NCBI GenBank assembly: GCA_030324005.1
Contig: JARDVH010000124.1
Span: 34,537,076-34,601,075 of the forward strand
Direction of reading: 5' to 3'
DNA from: Negaprion brevirostris
Taxonomy: Eukaryota
Length of the DNA stretch: 64,000 bases
Shown: piece by piece, positions 24,150 through 38,558 of the stretch
How the letters are laid out: each line of letters begins with the position of its first letter
How positions within the stretch are numbered: position 1 is the stretch's first letter
The notes under the pieces: generated by a model
Seen by the model: only the letters and a program-made list of their open reading frames with translations
Database searches by the model: none
What the model was told of the DNA's origin: nothing
Made by a program: the position numbers and the translations under genes

Positions 24150-25075
24150 ACAGTGTAATACAGCTGGGAAGGAGTGGCATTGGAAGCACGATTGATGCCA
24201 AAACCCATGAAAACTCCTGGCTCTGTGGGAGTTGATGAGGGAACCAACACAAGGGAAAAATTTATGTGATCTTGTCCTCACCAAACTAGCTTTCACAGAT
24301 GCATCCATTCATGACTGTATTGGGAATGTTGAACTGCAAGCACATAGTCCTTGCGGAGACCGAGCCCCATTTAGATACTGAGGATCCATTTCACCTTCGC
24401 CTGCCACTATCATCATTCTGAATGGGATAGATTCTGAACAGATCTAGCAGTTTAAAACCAGGCATCCGTGAGGAACTGTGGGCCATTGGCAGCAAAGAAT
24501 TATATTCTACTGCAAACTACAACCTCATGGATCGACACATCCCTTACTTTGCATNNNNNNNNNNCACCAAGCCAGGGGATTAACACTGATCCAAAGGAAG
24601 TATACAAGAGTATGTGGGAGGAATACCATATGTACTTAAAAATGAATTGCCAAACCATTAAGCATACTACACCGAACTATGTACGTATATGCAGCAGAAG
24701 CAACATGTTGTAGACAAAACTGGGTGATCACACAACCAATCAATCAGATGAAAGCCCTGCAAACTGTCGCATATAGTTGTGAATGATAGTGGACAAAGAA
24801 ATAACTAATGAGAGTAGGAGGTTCCATGGCATCCGTATCGCTAGCCTTGACAACAGTGGACCTGTCCAATTCAGTGCAAAAGAAAAAGCTGAAGCACGTG
24901 CAACCATCTTCAGTCAGAAGTGATGAACAGGTGATCCATCTAGGTGTTGTGCTGAGCCCATCATCGCAGTCTTCCACTAATTTGAATCTTTTGGTGTGAA
25001 ATCGAGAAATTGGTGAGCATCCTGGATGCAGCAAAGGCAATGGGCTCCCTTACATTCCCAGTTGATAATACTGGA
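24150..25075 (+). mobile_element. LINE ORF2 internal fragment (same family as 2447-5035)
   Basis: VDEGTNTREKFM / GAACCAACACAAGGGAAAAAT..GTCCTCACCAA..GATGCATCCAT; GAATGGGATAGATTCTGAACAGATCTAGCAG. Confidence 0.8.
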
Positions 25076-25599
25076 CAGAAGGATCCCAGAATAGAACCCT
25101 GGCTCAAATGACATTAGAAAGCATGGATGAACTGAGTCACGTGACTGCCAATTAGCTTTTAACAACAAAACTGAACAGCCACCAATTTGCTTTGCAATTG
25201 CTTCAACAATTACTGCACAGGCCGTGGTAAGATTCCACAAACCTTAGAATTACTTCAGATATCTTTGGCTTCTTATGAGCCAACTCCTTATCAATCTTTT
25301 CAGCTCTATCTGGAACCTCAATGAGCAGTACCCTGTTCCAGTTCCAGTTTCTGATTGTTCCTTTGACTTCAGATTTCCTGGAATGGATCTTGGCAGCTCA
25401 TCTCAGGCAAAAGGGTGTGGAAATCAGGCAGTCCCTCAGCGTTTTCTGTGGATTCTGGGAATATATCTAGATGTACTGGGAGGGTGAATAAGATTAACAA
25501 ACCATAAGCACATAGTGGACATGGGTGAATATAGACACTAATGTAGATATTTTGTTTCAAATATTTGGCATTAAATTTCACTTTGTTCACCCACATATC

Positions 25600-26415
25600 C
25601 TCCACCAGGTCGTCTGGGGGCCAGGACCTTGAGAGTCCAGGCCTGCTTTTGGGCAACATGGATGTTTGACTGCCTCCCCCCTTGGAGTCAGGAGCTGGGG
25701 TTGTGATGCTCACAGGGATAGAGGTGTCAGATGGGCTGGAGACCCTGGCAGGAGAGCTCCAGGCTATATTCCTGCCGATTCCCTTCCCTTCCATTCCCTT
25801 TGGGTTCCCAGAGGCTTGTGTTCATGCTGGGATGGAGGGACTTCTGGAGTGAGATACAGAAGTCCTGCCGCCCTCTGGCACTGACGCTCACCAGTTCCTG
25901 CACCATGACGTCGAAGCTCTGCACCATATAGCTCACGTACCGAGCCATGGTATGGACTTCTTCTGCCATGGAGTGCATCTCCTGCACCGTCTCCACTGTG
26001 GATGTCACCCTCGCAGTGTTGGCCTTGGTGCACTCAGTGATGGCATTGTCTCCTCAGGTACAAAGTGTTGGGAGTTCTCCAAAAAAGGTGATGGGACTCC
26101 TCCACTCGGCTTTGCACTCTGAGAAGGGTTGCTGTCATCCCCTCCTGATACTTGGGACTCTACCTTTGCAACTCCAGCAGCTGTGGGATGACCGGACCCA
26201 GGGACAAATCATCAGCAAGGGGCTCAGCAGAGTCCTTGAGTGTCAATTCGCTGGAACGCCCCTGCTTCCACCTGCTATGGATCTTTAGCTGTGAGTTGCT
26301 CACCAGTGAGTGACCAAGAAGCCTGTCTACTTAGTGAACCCACTGAGGTGTGAGTGTATGTGGTGTTGCCAGGTGAAGGTGACAGTTGTGATACCTCTTC
26401 AATGGTGGGGTTGCA
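25600..26415 (-). mobile_element. Harbinger-associated Myb/SANT gene C-terminal coiled-coil remnant
   Basis: TKANTARVTSTVETVQEMHSMAEEVHTMARYVSYMVQSFDVMVQEL, a heptad-like Met/Val repeat followed by a Pro-rich tail. Family assignment is from recall. Confidence 0.55.
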
Positions 26416-26419
26416 GAAG

Positions 26420-26655
26420 CTATTATTTATTTATTAGTGTCGCAATTAGGCTTGCTATAACACTGCAATGAAGTTGCTGTGAAAATCCCCTAGTCGCCAG
26501 ATTCCAGTGCCTGTTTGGGTACACTGAGGGAGAATTTAGTATGGCCAATGAACCTAATCAGCGCATCTTTCGGACAGAGGGAGGAAACCCATGCTGACAC
26601 AGGGAGAATGTGCAGATTTCGCACAGACAGTGACCCAAGCCAGGAATTGAACCCA
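26420..26655 (-). mobile_element. V-SINE type b
   Basis: TTTATTAGTGTCGCAATTAGGC..GTGAAAATCCCCTAGTCGCC..CACAGACAGTGACCCAAGCC. Confidence 0.88.
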
Positions 26656-27359
26656 GCAATGAATGCAGCAAGACCTGAACAACAACTGGGCATGGAGTGG
26701 TAAATGACAGGTAACATTCATGCAAACTAGTGTCAGGAAATTACCATCTCTCCCTCTCTTTGATATTCACATCCAGATTTTTGAAATACCCCATTATCAG
26801 CATTTTGGGGGAAGAGTGGATGGAGATAAATGCTGGTCATAGAGGTGATGACCACTTCTTGTGAATGATTAATTATAAACATAATATTAATTTAGAATCA
26901 CTTTCACCTGACCTTCATTGACCTCAAAAATATAATTACATAGCCCCTAATTTTTATCTGATAAGCAAGAGATAGCATAGAGCAGGATTTTCATTCTCCA
27001 GTAAGAGTTCATATCAGAAACTTGGATATGCTCTGCCTCTTATTTTTGAACATAAATTAACACTTCTTTTTCTCTTTAAATAGCAACCAGTTGTGTTATG
27101 TTACTTGTATTGTGTGCAAATTGAAAGCTAACATACCGAATGCTAATTTTCTTTTCCACTATGGTAGAAAAATGTGATTAATAGGAAGGTTAATTCACAA
27201 TTGGAAATCCACATAGTGTACACAACACTTGAGCGATTATTGTGCAATGTCACCTTTGCAAGGTTTATGTAAAAGTTACACACTGCCAGATGCTTAGGGA
27301 TGAGGAAATCTAATTGTCCCATTTCTCAACATCCATTCAGGACTCACTCGTGTCCACCA

Positions 27360-27995
27360 CTGCACAATGGTATTGTCACTGGACCAGTAATTCAGAAACC
27401 CAGGGTAATGTTGTGGGAATCAAGGTTTGAATCCCACTATGGCAAATAGTGAAATTTGAATTCAATAAAATTCTAGAACTAGAAGTTTAGTGAAGACAGT
27501 GAAACCACTATTGATTGTCTTTTCTTAATTTATTAGTGTCACAAATAGGCTTACTTTAACACTGCAATGAAGTTACTGTGAAAATGCGTTAGTTGCCATA
27601 CTCTGGCACCTGTTCGGGTATGTACACTGAAGGAGAATTTAGCATGGCCAATGCACCTAACCAGCACATCTTTTGAACGGAGGACACAGGGACAATGTGT
27701 AGCCTCTGCAGACAGTGACCCAAGCCGGGAATCGAACCAGAATCCCTGGCGCTGTGAGGCGGCAATGCTAACTGATGTGCCATTCTCAAAAAAAAATCTG
27801 GTTCGCTAATGGGAAGGAAATCTGCTTTCTTACCTGGCCTGGCCTACATGGGACTCCAGATCCAAGCAATGTGGTTGACTTTTAACTTCCCTCTGAAATT
27901 ACCTAATCAGCAATTTGGTTTAAGGGCAATTAGGAATGGACAACAAATGTTGACCGAACCAGTGATGTCCACATCTCAGGAATGATTTTTTTAAA
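27360..27995 (+). mobile_element. tRNA-headed SINE interrupted by a V-SINE
   Basis: Head at 27360-27520; body resumes at 27797 (TCTGGTTCGCTAATG..GGCCTACATGGGACTCCAG); tail AAGGGCAATTAGGAATGG. Confidence 0.85.
27525..27785 (-). mobile_element. V-SINE type b nested in the SINE
   Basis: TTATTAGTGTCACAAATAGGCTTAC..GGCGCTGTGAGGCGGCAATGCTAAC. Confidence 0.9.
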
Positions 27996-29688
27996 AAAAC
28001 CTAGTTGTATCATAAATGGTTTGTGTTTTTTTTTCACTAACTCTGCATGATCTCTGAATAATCCTGAAGTCGCCCTGTGTCTTTTATTTTAATTTAACAA
28101 GCATTTCAGATTTATTTTTTCCATAGTGTATACCCCACTTCACAAATGTCTCAATCCTTTCCAACCGAAGAGCCTTGCCAGGCTTTTCCTCGTAACTCGG
28201 GCTCCTAGATTAGGCATTAGCCTTTATGGGTCTTCTGTGCCTCCAGCACTTGATTCTCCAAGACCGACATTGGATTATGTTCTAAAGCTGCAGCTTGAAT
28301 AATGCACTATACAGTTTGATCATGACTCCACCAAACTTGTATTTAATAGTTTTTACTCCACAGTAACTTTCTATTGCTTTGTGAATTGCTATTCTTTATG
28401 TATAGTCCAACCCACTTGTAAGAAACTTAGAGAAACTCCAGGTCATGTAAGTGTGACTTTGAGCAGCTCTTGGCCTTAATTGGTGACAGCATCTCCATGT
28501 GGTCTAGGGCATTCTGACCCAGCTGGCTAGCAAGAGACACTGGGCAAAATGTTTAAAGTTTAAACTTTCTTTGAGCTGAATTAATTGGTATCAGTTTGCT
28601 AATAGTTAGGATACTATAATTAGCCTCTTGCTCTGCCATTCTTCATGTTGGTAAGCATAAAAATTTGTAGTATATAAATAAAGAGCAATAATGTTAATAC
28701 ATTTGCCATATAAGGTATTTTATTTTCACCAATAGTTCTTCAGTTCTAGGTATTACAGTAGTAATAAAACTTAGCATTTATGGTGTCATTGAAGTCCCCG
28801 TTGCCTTGCTTCGAGGTAAATGCAATGTTGAAATGAGGTAAAATGTAATAACAGCAACAGTTCTACTCCTTTAAACATGTCAATGTCCCTCAGGCACATG
28901 CACTGCATTTTCTTCCTTGTATCATGGAGATTTTAGTACATCTCAGATCTATTCTCTCAGTATTTTACATATTGATGTAAAAATTTGTCNNNNNNNNNNN
29001 NNNNNNNNNNNNNNNNNNNNNNNNNNNNNNNNNNNNNNNNNNNNNNNNNNNNNNNNNNNNNNNNNNNNNNNNNNNNNNNNNNNNNNNNNATCTATTCTCT
29101 CAGTAGTTTACATATTGTTGTAAAAATTTGTCAATGCCAGAAAGACCACTCTTCGTAAATCCAAGTATTCAGAATTGAACCCTAGAAATAATTGAATACG
29201 ATTCGCGATATGAAAGTACAACAATGAATGTGAACCATTATGCTTATTGTTGGTTATAAGATATAAGACCCAATAGGGACATATGTGTCATAAATTAATG
29301 AGCACCTTTATATAGAACAGGTTTATGACTTTATTACATTGAGTAATGAAAGGAAATTTTCTTCTCCACCCTTATATTACACAAGGACAACACACTGCTG
29401 TCACTTCTTTACAAAAGCGTGTTTCCTATTTTGGTGATCTTTTGGGAATATTTCACAAGAATTTTTGGACCTGCTCATTTGCATTCTCACTTGTGCAGAA
29501 ACATTGCTGTAAAATCAGTGTAAAAGGGTGAAAGCAGTTGAACTATTTGCAGACTCATGAGCAGCGTTTAAAAAGACAGTTGACCTGCATGATACAGAGG
29601 AACAGTGATTGAGTTTTGCACTTCATTCTCCAATAGTGTCATGCCTTGGAAATATCTTCATCACAAATGTACAAAATTTTGACCCTTT

Positions 29689-30434
29689 GGGCACCATTTG
29701 GGATTTATTCTGCCAGGGCCTGGTTGCTTTTGAGAAGAACTGTAGTATTCAATTCGGGTGTCAAGATTTCTCATGGGTCTGCTGCATCCTGCGCAAGTTT
29801 GCCATCATGAGGNNNNNNNNNNNNNNNNNNNNNNNNNNNNNNNNNNNNNNNNNNNNNNNNNNNNNNNNNNNNNNNNNNNNNNNNNNNNNNNNNNNNNNNN
29901 NNNNNNNNNNNNCCCCATTCGCTCCTCCCACAATGGCCCCCCCGTTAGCCCCACCCCCTGTCACTCCCCAGTGGGCATTGCCCAGGTGCCCTATGGGCAT
30001 TGCTCAAATGCCAGTCTGCCCAGGGTGGCACTGCCAGTCTGACACTGACCAAGGGGCACCTCCGCTTGCTCTCAGTCTCCCTGGGGGGCTTCAATGGCCT
30101 CTGATTCCACCAGCGAGGCCAGGTCAACTGCTCCCCGTGAATGGGGGGAATATCTATTTTTCATTGGCGAGAACCTTTCCCTGTGAGGTCATAAAGGCAG
30201 GCGAGCCCAGACGATTGAGTGCCAGTTCGCTAATGTCATATAAATGCTTAATTAAATAAATTTAAATATATTTATTTCCCACTTCTGATGAGAGGCTGAC
30301 CGTACCAGACATCTGGCACTTGTGAAATGGTGCTGGTTGTGAAAATCAGCACCAATTGCTCTATTTACTTTACGCCCGACTTTACAATTGCACCGCACCC
30401 AAAACAGGTAAAATCGGTTTGATAAAATCACCCC
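29689..30434. mobile_element. Non-autonomous GC-rich DNA element (Harbinger-like)
   Basis: Begins GGGCACCATTT and ends GATAAAATCACCCC; interior GGGCATTGCCCAGGTGCCC / GGCACTGCCA motifs. Confidence 0.5.
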
Positions 30435-30730
30435 TATAATATCAGGTGTGAGTATCAGGTATTTGCCAGAACAATGGGAGTGTCCGACCAGTTTCACTTA
30501 ACCATTTGAGATAGTCTAGGTCATTTATTCCCTTAGTAATATTAACTGCTTAAGAGTTAAACCATCAGGATGGCCATTATGTTACATCTGGAAGTTAGGC
30601 AAGAAGGAATGGTTTCAAAATACACCATGTGATGTAACTCACAAAGTAAAGGTTAAAAAAAGCAGGAAAAATCGCCTCTAAAGGCCAGAACTCACAGGGC
30701 CATCAGAAGTCGAACATCTACAAAGGCCAG

Positions 30731-31115
30731 TGTTATGGCTCAGGTTGGAAACTCCAAAATGTTTTATCAAGCCCGCCTGAGTCATAAATTTTACATTTTG
30801 GCTAGGACAAGTGTGGTAGCTGTTTCTAGCTTTTTACCATTTGGCAAGTGTAGATGGTGTTTTTTTAGAGACTAAGTATTATCAAAATCAATAGCTAATA
30901 CAAAGACTTGTAACATGGTAGTATCCTGGTGAAAGGTGTCCTTTACTGATCAATGCATGAAGGGAGGAGACATCAAGCAGTCTTATGCCTCTCTGAGATT
31001 ACATTTGTCAATATTATTATAGATCTCAAAAGACATTTTACTCGCCTTCTAGTTAACCATAAGCCAATCATCATTAGTACAGATCATTATTAATAAATGT
31101 CATACTTTAGCCAAC
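30731..31115. mobile_element. Possible solo LTR
   Basis: Starts TGTTATGG, with AATAAA near the far end; resembles LTR-type repeats by recall only. Confidence 0.3.
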
Positions 31116-31894
31116 TGCATCCTGCCTCGATCTAGAAATACCTCCTGTTGCCTGCCGCACAGTCTGTTTTAACCCTTATATGGTGGACAAATAACTACGA
31201 GTAGACGTCTTGTTAGTACAGGTTTTTGCCTTTTGTTGACCAGAATAAATGCCTGCAATGAGGTGTTAGGGGTGCTTTTGTGGTGAAACCCAAGTGGAAT
31301 AAATCTTGGAACTGTTTGAGAGATTTTGGGCTGATATCCTTCTTCCTGTCCCTTCAATTGACCATGAAGTATGGCCGGGTTCCTGGTGAGGCAGCAACAA
31401 ATTCATTATTCTTTCAGACTTGAACGCTGAAGCTGCCTTTGAATTTTAGAGTACAGGTCACCATGATCAATCAGAAATATTAGGATCAGTCCCACAGTGC
31501 TGCCCAAAGTGGACTGAATTTTCCAGTGGGTGCCAGGGCCCCAGTGACCGGACTGACCCAATATGGATCTTGACCCTGATAAGATTGGAGTCCCACCCAA
31601 CTAGGTGCAATCTTCGCAGAGGCAGTCAATTACAGAATGTTTCCCGGAATCCCATCCAATTGGAGACGGCAGGTAGACTGTACAGGAGGGAGAGTCAATC
31701 TGAGCAGCTAAGGGTGTGGGCAGTCAGCAGTCCCAAGGGTGAGATCAGACTCTCCCTTCAGTAAGATTGCTCAGAGACAGAAACATGTCAAGGAATCACA
31801 ACACTACCTGATTCTGTAATTTTGCTCCCAATCCCATCTCCAGACCAGTGTTTGTGATGCCGGGAAAATTCATTCCAGTGTGTTTGAGTCAGAC

Positions 31895-32330
31895 TAACAG
31901 CAGCTTGCACTTAAACAGCATTTATAATGTAGCAAAACAGCTCCAGGCACTTGACAGGAGCCTCATCAAAGAGAATTTGACAGTGAACCCATTAGACATG
32001 TTAGAACAGGTAGCCAAAAGCTTGGTCAAAGTGTTAAGCTTTAATGAGCGTTTTAAAAGAAAAGAGGTCGAGAAGTACAGATGCTTAGGTTGGAATTTTA
32101 GGTCCTGGATACTGAAGGCACGGCTGCCAGTTGTGAAGCAATGGACATCGAGAACGTGGAAGAGGCCAGATTAGAGGGCTGTATGGCTGGAGGACATGAA
32201 GATATTTGGACATATAAATACAAATTTTAACTTGAAGTACTGGGGGTCTGGGAGCTAAAGCAGGTGAGCAAATGAAGGGGTGTTAGGTGAATGGGACTTG
32301 TGCTGGATGTTTTTTGAGCTGAGCTGAGTC
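31895..32330 (-). mobile_element. L2 LINE 3' end
   Basis: AACAGCAGCTTGCACTTAAACAGCATTTATAATGTAG..CCAAAAGCTTGGTCAAAG..CTGAAGGCACGGCTGCCA. Confidence 0.75.
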
Positions 32331-33129
32331 AGGAGACCTTTAAAGGTGGTCTGCAGGACAGTCCATGATTCTCCCCACCCCCTCCCAATCTTACACATTT
32401 ATGGCATTTTTTGCCAGCGCAAAATGGCACAAATAGTAGGCTCACCAGCAGTACTTCTCACCTGACTGGCTTCACTATGGGATTCATGCATTTCAAACTC
32501 CCACAGAAAATTGATGGAGATGGGTTTGTTTTGTTACTAGACATGTATCATTGCACCCCAGAGGAGATGTGAACTCCAGTCCTGAGTCAAGAACCAAAAT
32601 AAAACAGCCACTCAACATTTCCTTTGAAAACCGTTGCCCCTCTCACCTTCTCAGAAAGCTGATAGTGAATCACAGACAGTGAAAGTTTCATTGAAGAAAC
32701 CTTCCAACCACTTCACAACACTTAATCTAGTCCAGATAAACGCACAGGGATTGACAAAAAAAAATCTATGAGAGAAATTGATCTAAATGCAAGTTATTAA
32801 TGATGTCAAATCAGACAAAGCTGACATCACCCTAGAAGCTTTGTCAAAATTGCCTACAGGGCTGAGTCTATTAATCATTCTTGGAGCTCAGCCAAGCATT
32901 TATCATGAGGTCCTGTGGAAAAATAAATGTCTAGTCATCTGCTCAACCTGCTGTTATTGTTGTGCATGATTAGGTTATGGGACCTATGTGGAGGTTTAAA
33001 ATGCCCTTGGCTCCACATGAACCATCTATCACCACCCTTGGCATCGGAATATTGCAAAATATCATTCTGCCTTTAGGTCAAATGTGTTGTCGACATTAGT
33101 TTTATAATGTCTTTTGGGAGTGATCTATA

Positions 33130-33318
33130 AAATCTATAGAATCCCTGCAGGGCAGAAGGAGACCATTTAGCTCATCAGGCCTGCACCGACAACAATCCCA
33201 CCCAGGCCCTATCCCTGTAACCCACATATTTACTCTGTTAATCCCCCTGACACTAAGGGACAATTTAGCATGGCCATCTTTGGACTGTGGGAGAAAACCA
33301 GAGTACCTGGAGGAAATC
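33130..33318 (-). mobile_element. HE1 V-SINE 3' part (type a)
   Basis: ATAGAATCCCTGCAGGGCAGAAGGAGACCATT..TTTGGACTGTGGGAGAAAACC. Confidence 0.88.
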
Positions 33319-34511
33319 TGTCTAGGTCTAAAGCTAGAACATTATAGGTTGGGTTTTCTGGTTGAGTTTACTCCAAGGTCAACAGATCTTTAAATAGCGC
33401 ATCAGATTTTTCATCGCGCTACAATTATTCCCACAGTGGCGGGAACGGAAAATTCATGCTTTATGTTTATAATTTGAACCTTATCTTTAAAAAGTTAAAA
33501 ATGCATCAGTTTTGACTTGCCCTGATATTTCCGGCCTGCGGAGAATTAAAATGACATCTGTTATATGTCCTTGGAAATTTTTAGGAAATAAGCTTAAGAA
33601 ATAAGCATATGTCTTAAGAACTAAGCATACTTGCGGCAGAGGCCCCGATTGTATAACCATTCTCTGTTCAATTTCAAAGCCTTATTCAAGTGGTAGATAT
33701 TAAATGCATTATAGAGTATTCTCCACAGAATAGTTATTGTTTCGATCCATCACCTCCTTCTAGCAGGTATTTTAGCTTTATAGTTTGTGAGGTGCCTTAA
33801 TGTTTTAAGAAGAAAACAGTCTTTAGAATCTGTAGAATTTTTTAAAAAGACGATTACATTAAAACCATTAAAAGCAAAAACTCCATTCAGAGCATGGGTC
33901 TAAACTAATGGAATTTGTTAATCCTATACAGATTTTTATAGTGATTTGCTGTTAAATATTTATGAATTATAGGTAGCTAATAACAAATGGACAGTATATT
34001 TAGCAGAATGAGGAGTCATGTGATGTGTTTAAAGGCAATTACAATAGTAATTTATATCATTGGAAATTGTATGGCAAAAAGAGATAACATTCACAATCTC
34101 CACTTTCAGAAAGCTGAGGTAATTATTGTGTGAACTGCAGGCTGTCACCTGTGGTGCAATGAATGTAATAGAAAATTTGAAACATGACCTTTGATTCCTA
34201 TACTTTTTTAAACAATAAATAATTCCTGCTTTGCTTCGAGAGAGCAACAATTACAGTAAGGAATAATTAAAATAATTTTATTTGCATTTTCTACAAGCTT
34301 CAATTTAATTCCTGAACAATGACTTCCTTTTCAAAAACGAATATTTACAAGGATCTGCGCAAACACATAGAAGGAGCACTTGTATAATGGGAACATGTTA
34401 TCTCTTGGAATACACAAGTTTGCTCTTAAGATGAGTTAGAGAGAGGAACAGTTCCAATTTCAGTTCAGGAACACTATTCTGACAGTCAAGATTGTCATAA
34501 TAATTCCTTTT

Positions 34512-34850
34512 GAGTCATAGTGGTTTACAGCATGGAAACAGGCCCTTCAGCCCAATTTGTCCATATCACCCTTTTTTTTTACCACAAAGCTAGTACCAAA
34601 TGCCTGCATTTGGCCCATATCCTTCTATACTCATCCTACCCATGTAATTGTCTGAATGCTCTTTAAAGGACAAAATTGTAACCACTTCTACTACCTCTGG
34701 CAGCTTGTTCCAGACACTCACTACCCTCTGTGTGAAAGAAATTGCCCCTCTGGACCCTTATATATCTCTTCCCCCTTCCCTCTCACCTTAAACCTATGCC
34801 CTCTAGTTTTAGATTCTCCTACCTTTGGGAAAACATGTTGATTATCTACC
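34512..34850 (-). mobile_element. CR1/HER1 3' end
   Basis: GAGTCATAG..TACAGCATGGAAACAGGCCCTTCAGCCCAA..CCTTAAACCTATGCCCTCTAGTTTTAGA. Confidence 0.88.
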
Positions 34851-37199
34851 TTCTTGGCTATAACTGTGATTAAGCCTTCACCTTAAATATAACAGAAGAT
34901 CCATACATGAAAATGATTGTGTTTCAATGTTATATTTAAATATTGCCTACCCGCCTCTCCCAACCTGAAATGCCACTGGGAAGTTCGGTGAAGCACTTTT
35001 GGTGAGATCATCCACAGTTCCACTGCTGCGGTGGTCCAGGCAACAGGAGTCCCTGCATTCCTTCCCTCTTCCCATTCTNNNNNNNNNNNNNNNNNNTAAG
35101 ATTGAGTGGAAGCTCTTTAGAGCCATGCAGCTAAGATACCCTCATAGCCACTTACCCTTGATCTACATGTTGCTTGCTATTAGACCAAGTGGGCATAGTT
35201 TAAGTCCAACCAGGTTTCCTCTTCTGTTCTGTCAACCAGAAAGAATATTTACAAATAACAAAAACATTTTTAATGAAATACAATTTGCAAAATGTACTGT
35301 GCTTGGACTGGGCATCAAGGGATATAACTGTTAATCCTAGTCTGGAAATAATTACAATTATCCTACTGAACCTTGCATTTTAATCACTGAATTTACCTGC
35401 CAAATGATGTATTTGCAATTGAGTTTGCTGAAAATGGATTTGGTGTGAATATGGATTTGTTGGTCTGGTGTCAAAATCTAATTACAAAGATAGGTATTTA
35501 AAATATAAAGGTAATTTTGTTCAGCCTTGCACCTAAACTGCACAAAGGGTGAGGAGTGCAGTGCAGGACAATTTCATGCTGACTCGCAACAGTGGAATTT
35601 CAAACTATCCCCACATTATTGATTTTCCAGTCTGCCTCCATTTCACAAACAATTAGAAACACCTGAAATGAGCACAATCATTGAAATGACATGCAGATGA
35701 ATGTAAATCGGGGTCATCATATGCCACTCTGAATTGCAAACAGATTTCCACTAGTCAGGAACAGCACCAAGAGGCAAAACTGTTGTGCAAGTAGCATCCT
35801 TATAGTGTAGATCTGAATATAAATGGCAATTGTCCAGTTATTTTGCTGTCAGGTTTTGTTCCCTTTTAATAGCAAGCACTGTAAAACATAAATCTACCTG
35901 GGGGATAATTTTTGAATCCAATCATAGGTAGCTTAATTAGTAATCTAGCAACAGGAGGATTAAACTCTTTACTTGATTCTTATATTCAGTTGACATACTT
36001 CATAATGCACATCATGACAACTTCCTGGGTATCTTAAAGTCACTTGCAATTGTCATGTGCCAACTGAATAATGACAGAGGAAACTTTATCCTACATACAT
36101 ATGGGGCACTGAAGGAAATCCATCAAAGTACATGTCCAACTATTTTAATGTTCATTTTCAATGGAAACCCATAAATGTTAGCTGAAAGTTACATTTCCGC
36201 AAGAAACTCTCTGTCTGGGGCATTAAGGCCTCTTGAGAAATCTACTTCTGAATGTGAAACGCCGAGTAATATATCTTCAATCTGGGTTCACTAAAGTTGT
36301 TACAAGTGCACAGAAATGGTGGGGTTTCCACCATGTGAAAACGTAACCTCATCTGTTTGTAATGTTAGCCAATCCCTCTGTATATCTCCATGTCTGTGTG
36401 GGAACAGACCAGTTATAACAACAAAATTGTTGAGGCTCTGAGCTAACGTACTCACTTTGTCGACCAAACTGGTGCAAATATGTGGCCATGTAGTAAGGCT
36501 ATGCATGTAGCATTGGGGTTGTGATAGGAATGTCCTGGTTGTCCCTCCCTTCAAGATAGACTGTACGTTGAACATCCTTGCAGTAGTCCTCTACATGTGG
36601 GATTTCTCGACCCTGTTACATGTTTATTAAAGGCTGGAATGCAGCCTAACCAAGGTGCTCGGCAAGCAGTTTTCTTTTAAAGATTAAGTGTGGAGTTTGA
36701 GATTCCTGATGTCACAAGCTGTGGAGCAAGGGAACCTCACTCTTTAACTAGGAATCGTCTGTTCCTCTTCTAACACTTCTGTCAGGCTACAATGCAGCAT
36801 TCTACCCAGTGGCCTATCTTCAAGTTGACTGTCTAGATCCCTGGAGGTGATTTTGTTTGAATGGGTACTATATGTGTAACAGACAGTAGGCAGAGTGCCT
36901 GGTGAGATTTCTGGCACTGTTCCTATGAGGTGCTCTTTGTTTATTCCTGGGCAATGCTTGTGAATAGCTGAAGAAACAGTACGAGAGGGAAGATGCTGGA
37001 GTTTAAAGTGAGAATCGAATAAGCAGGTGGTATGTTGCAGTAAATGATGCTTGGTTTGTATAGTTTGAACAATTTTATACAAAACCCTGCACAAGGAATA
37101 TCATGCTGCTTCACCAATCAGGCCTCGTGAAGCTTGTGTGTGCAGTCAACTGAAAACTTTGTGAAATTTCACGTAGAGAATTATTTGGCCTGCTTGTCT

Positions 37200-37480
37200 C
37201 CTTATCAAGGGTTGCAATAGATTTTGCATAGAATGATTACAACTAAAGTGCATCGGACCTCATTGAAGGTCTGGGCTATTATCGCATGAGGTGAGAGAGA
37301 GTAGATCGGACCTGTGTGCTGGACGCTGCCAAGGATGTGAGGCTATCTGTGTGAGGCATCAATAGCTCTTACGGGGCTGTGCAAGATCCATGCAGGAAAG
37401 ATGCTTAACTTGGCCGAGGTGTCTAGCATGATGGATCACAGTCTCACAGTAAGGTTGACTGGAACTGAGAATTGTAGGAG
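37200..37480 (+). mobile_element. Old CR1 ORF2 C-terminal fragment
   Basis: Degenerate GL.Y.ER.DRL..GRCQG remnants; GCAGGAAAGATGC..GGATCACAGTCTC. Confidence 0.5.
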
Positions 37481-38220
37481 TAACTGCAGTTGGAAGGTCT
37501 GGAGTTTGTTCTCACCCATCAATCCAAAGGAACCACAAAACATCTTGGGATGATAAAGGTGTCAAGGTATGTGGTTATTATTGGCAAGTGGAGATCAGGA
37601 AGCAGGAACACAAACTTCCCTGATCTATCAACATGGAGGAGAGATCCCGAGTGACCAATTGATGTTCTCGTCCTGCTTTTTCCTATGCGCGAATATATCT
37701 GGCTCAGCCTAAAACAGCTCTCTGTAAGGCTTGCCCCCAATTGAGCTAAGGTGTGAGGGTAACCTGGGGGCATCCCTGCTGAGGTAAGATTTCATATTGC
37801 TTTTAAGGTGCCATGCATATGGACTTTTTGAGGGAATGAGAAAATATCTAATTTCTACTTAAAAGTGCCCAAGGTCACGGGAGAACAGAGTGCTGAGCAG
37901 GTTTTAATGCTCACATTTGGCGCCAGGGTTCTGTGCATCAGCACTGTTGCCGTATCACCAGAAGAGCAGACGTGAAGTATTGCAAATTAATCAACAATGA
38001 TAAATCAAAGTACAATGAGAGCAAAGCATAATGAGTATAATACTTGTTACCAAAAAGAAGCTGTGGTCTGCCAGCTAATGGATGATAGAAAACCAAATAC
38101 TAAAGGAAAGGCAGCTTACTCTGCCTGGAATCTGTTCGGAAAAATCCCTCTCCCTGTTATACACCAAGTTCACCCCATCATCCTCCATAATCACTGCCAT
38201 GTCATTCCTGAAGTGGGTAA

Positions 38221-38558
38221 ATCATAGAATGCTTACAGTGCAGAAGAGGCCATTCGGTCCATTGAGTCTGTACCGACTCTCACAGAGTATCCCAACCAGG
38301 CCCTCTCCTATCCCTGTAACCCCACCACATTTCCTATGGCTAATCCCCCTAACTACACATCTTTGGATACTAAGGGGCAATTTGGCATGGCCAATCCACC
38401 TAACCTGCACACCTTTGGACTGTGGGAAGAAACTGGAGCACCCGGAGGAAACCTATGCGGACATGGGGAGAACGTGCAAACTCCACACAGTGACCCAAAC
38501 CAGGAATTGAACCTGATCCTGGGCGCTGTAAGGCAGCAATGCTAATCACTGTGCCAAC
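38221..38558 (-). mobile_element. HE1 V-SINE, full length (type a)
   Basis: ATCATAGAATGCTTACAGTGCAGAAGAGGCCATTCGG..GGCGCTGTAAGGCAGCAATGCTAATCACTGTGCCA. Confidence 0.92.

Noticed and set aside
28947-29132. About 43-bp near-identical sequence on both sides of a 100-N gap
   Set aside because: Most likely a scaffolding or haplotype overlap, or a collapsed minisatellite; it cannot be interpreted biologically.
36300-36575. Minus ORF with ITGLFPHRHG, reminiscent of the sulfatase/ENPP TGLYP..HG motif
   Set aside because: Lacks the upstream CxPxR or TFPNH motif and a consistent exon structure; likely chance.
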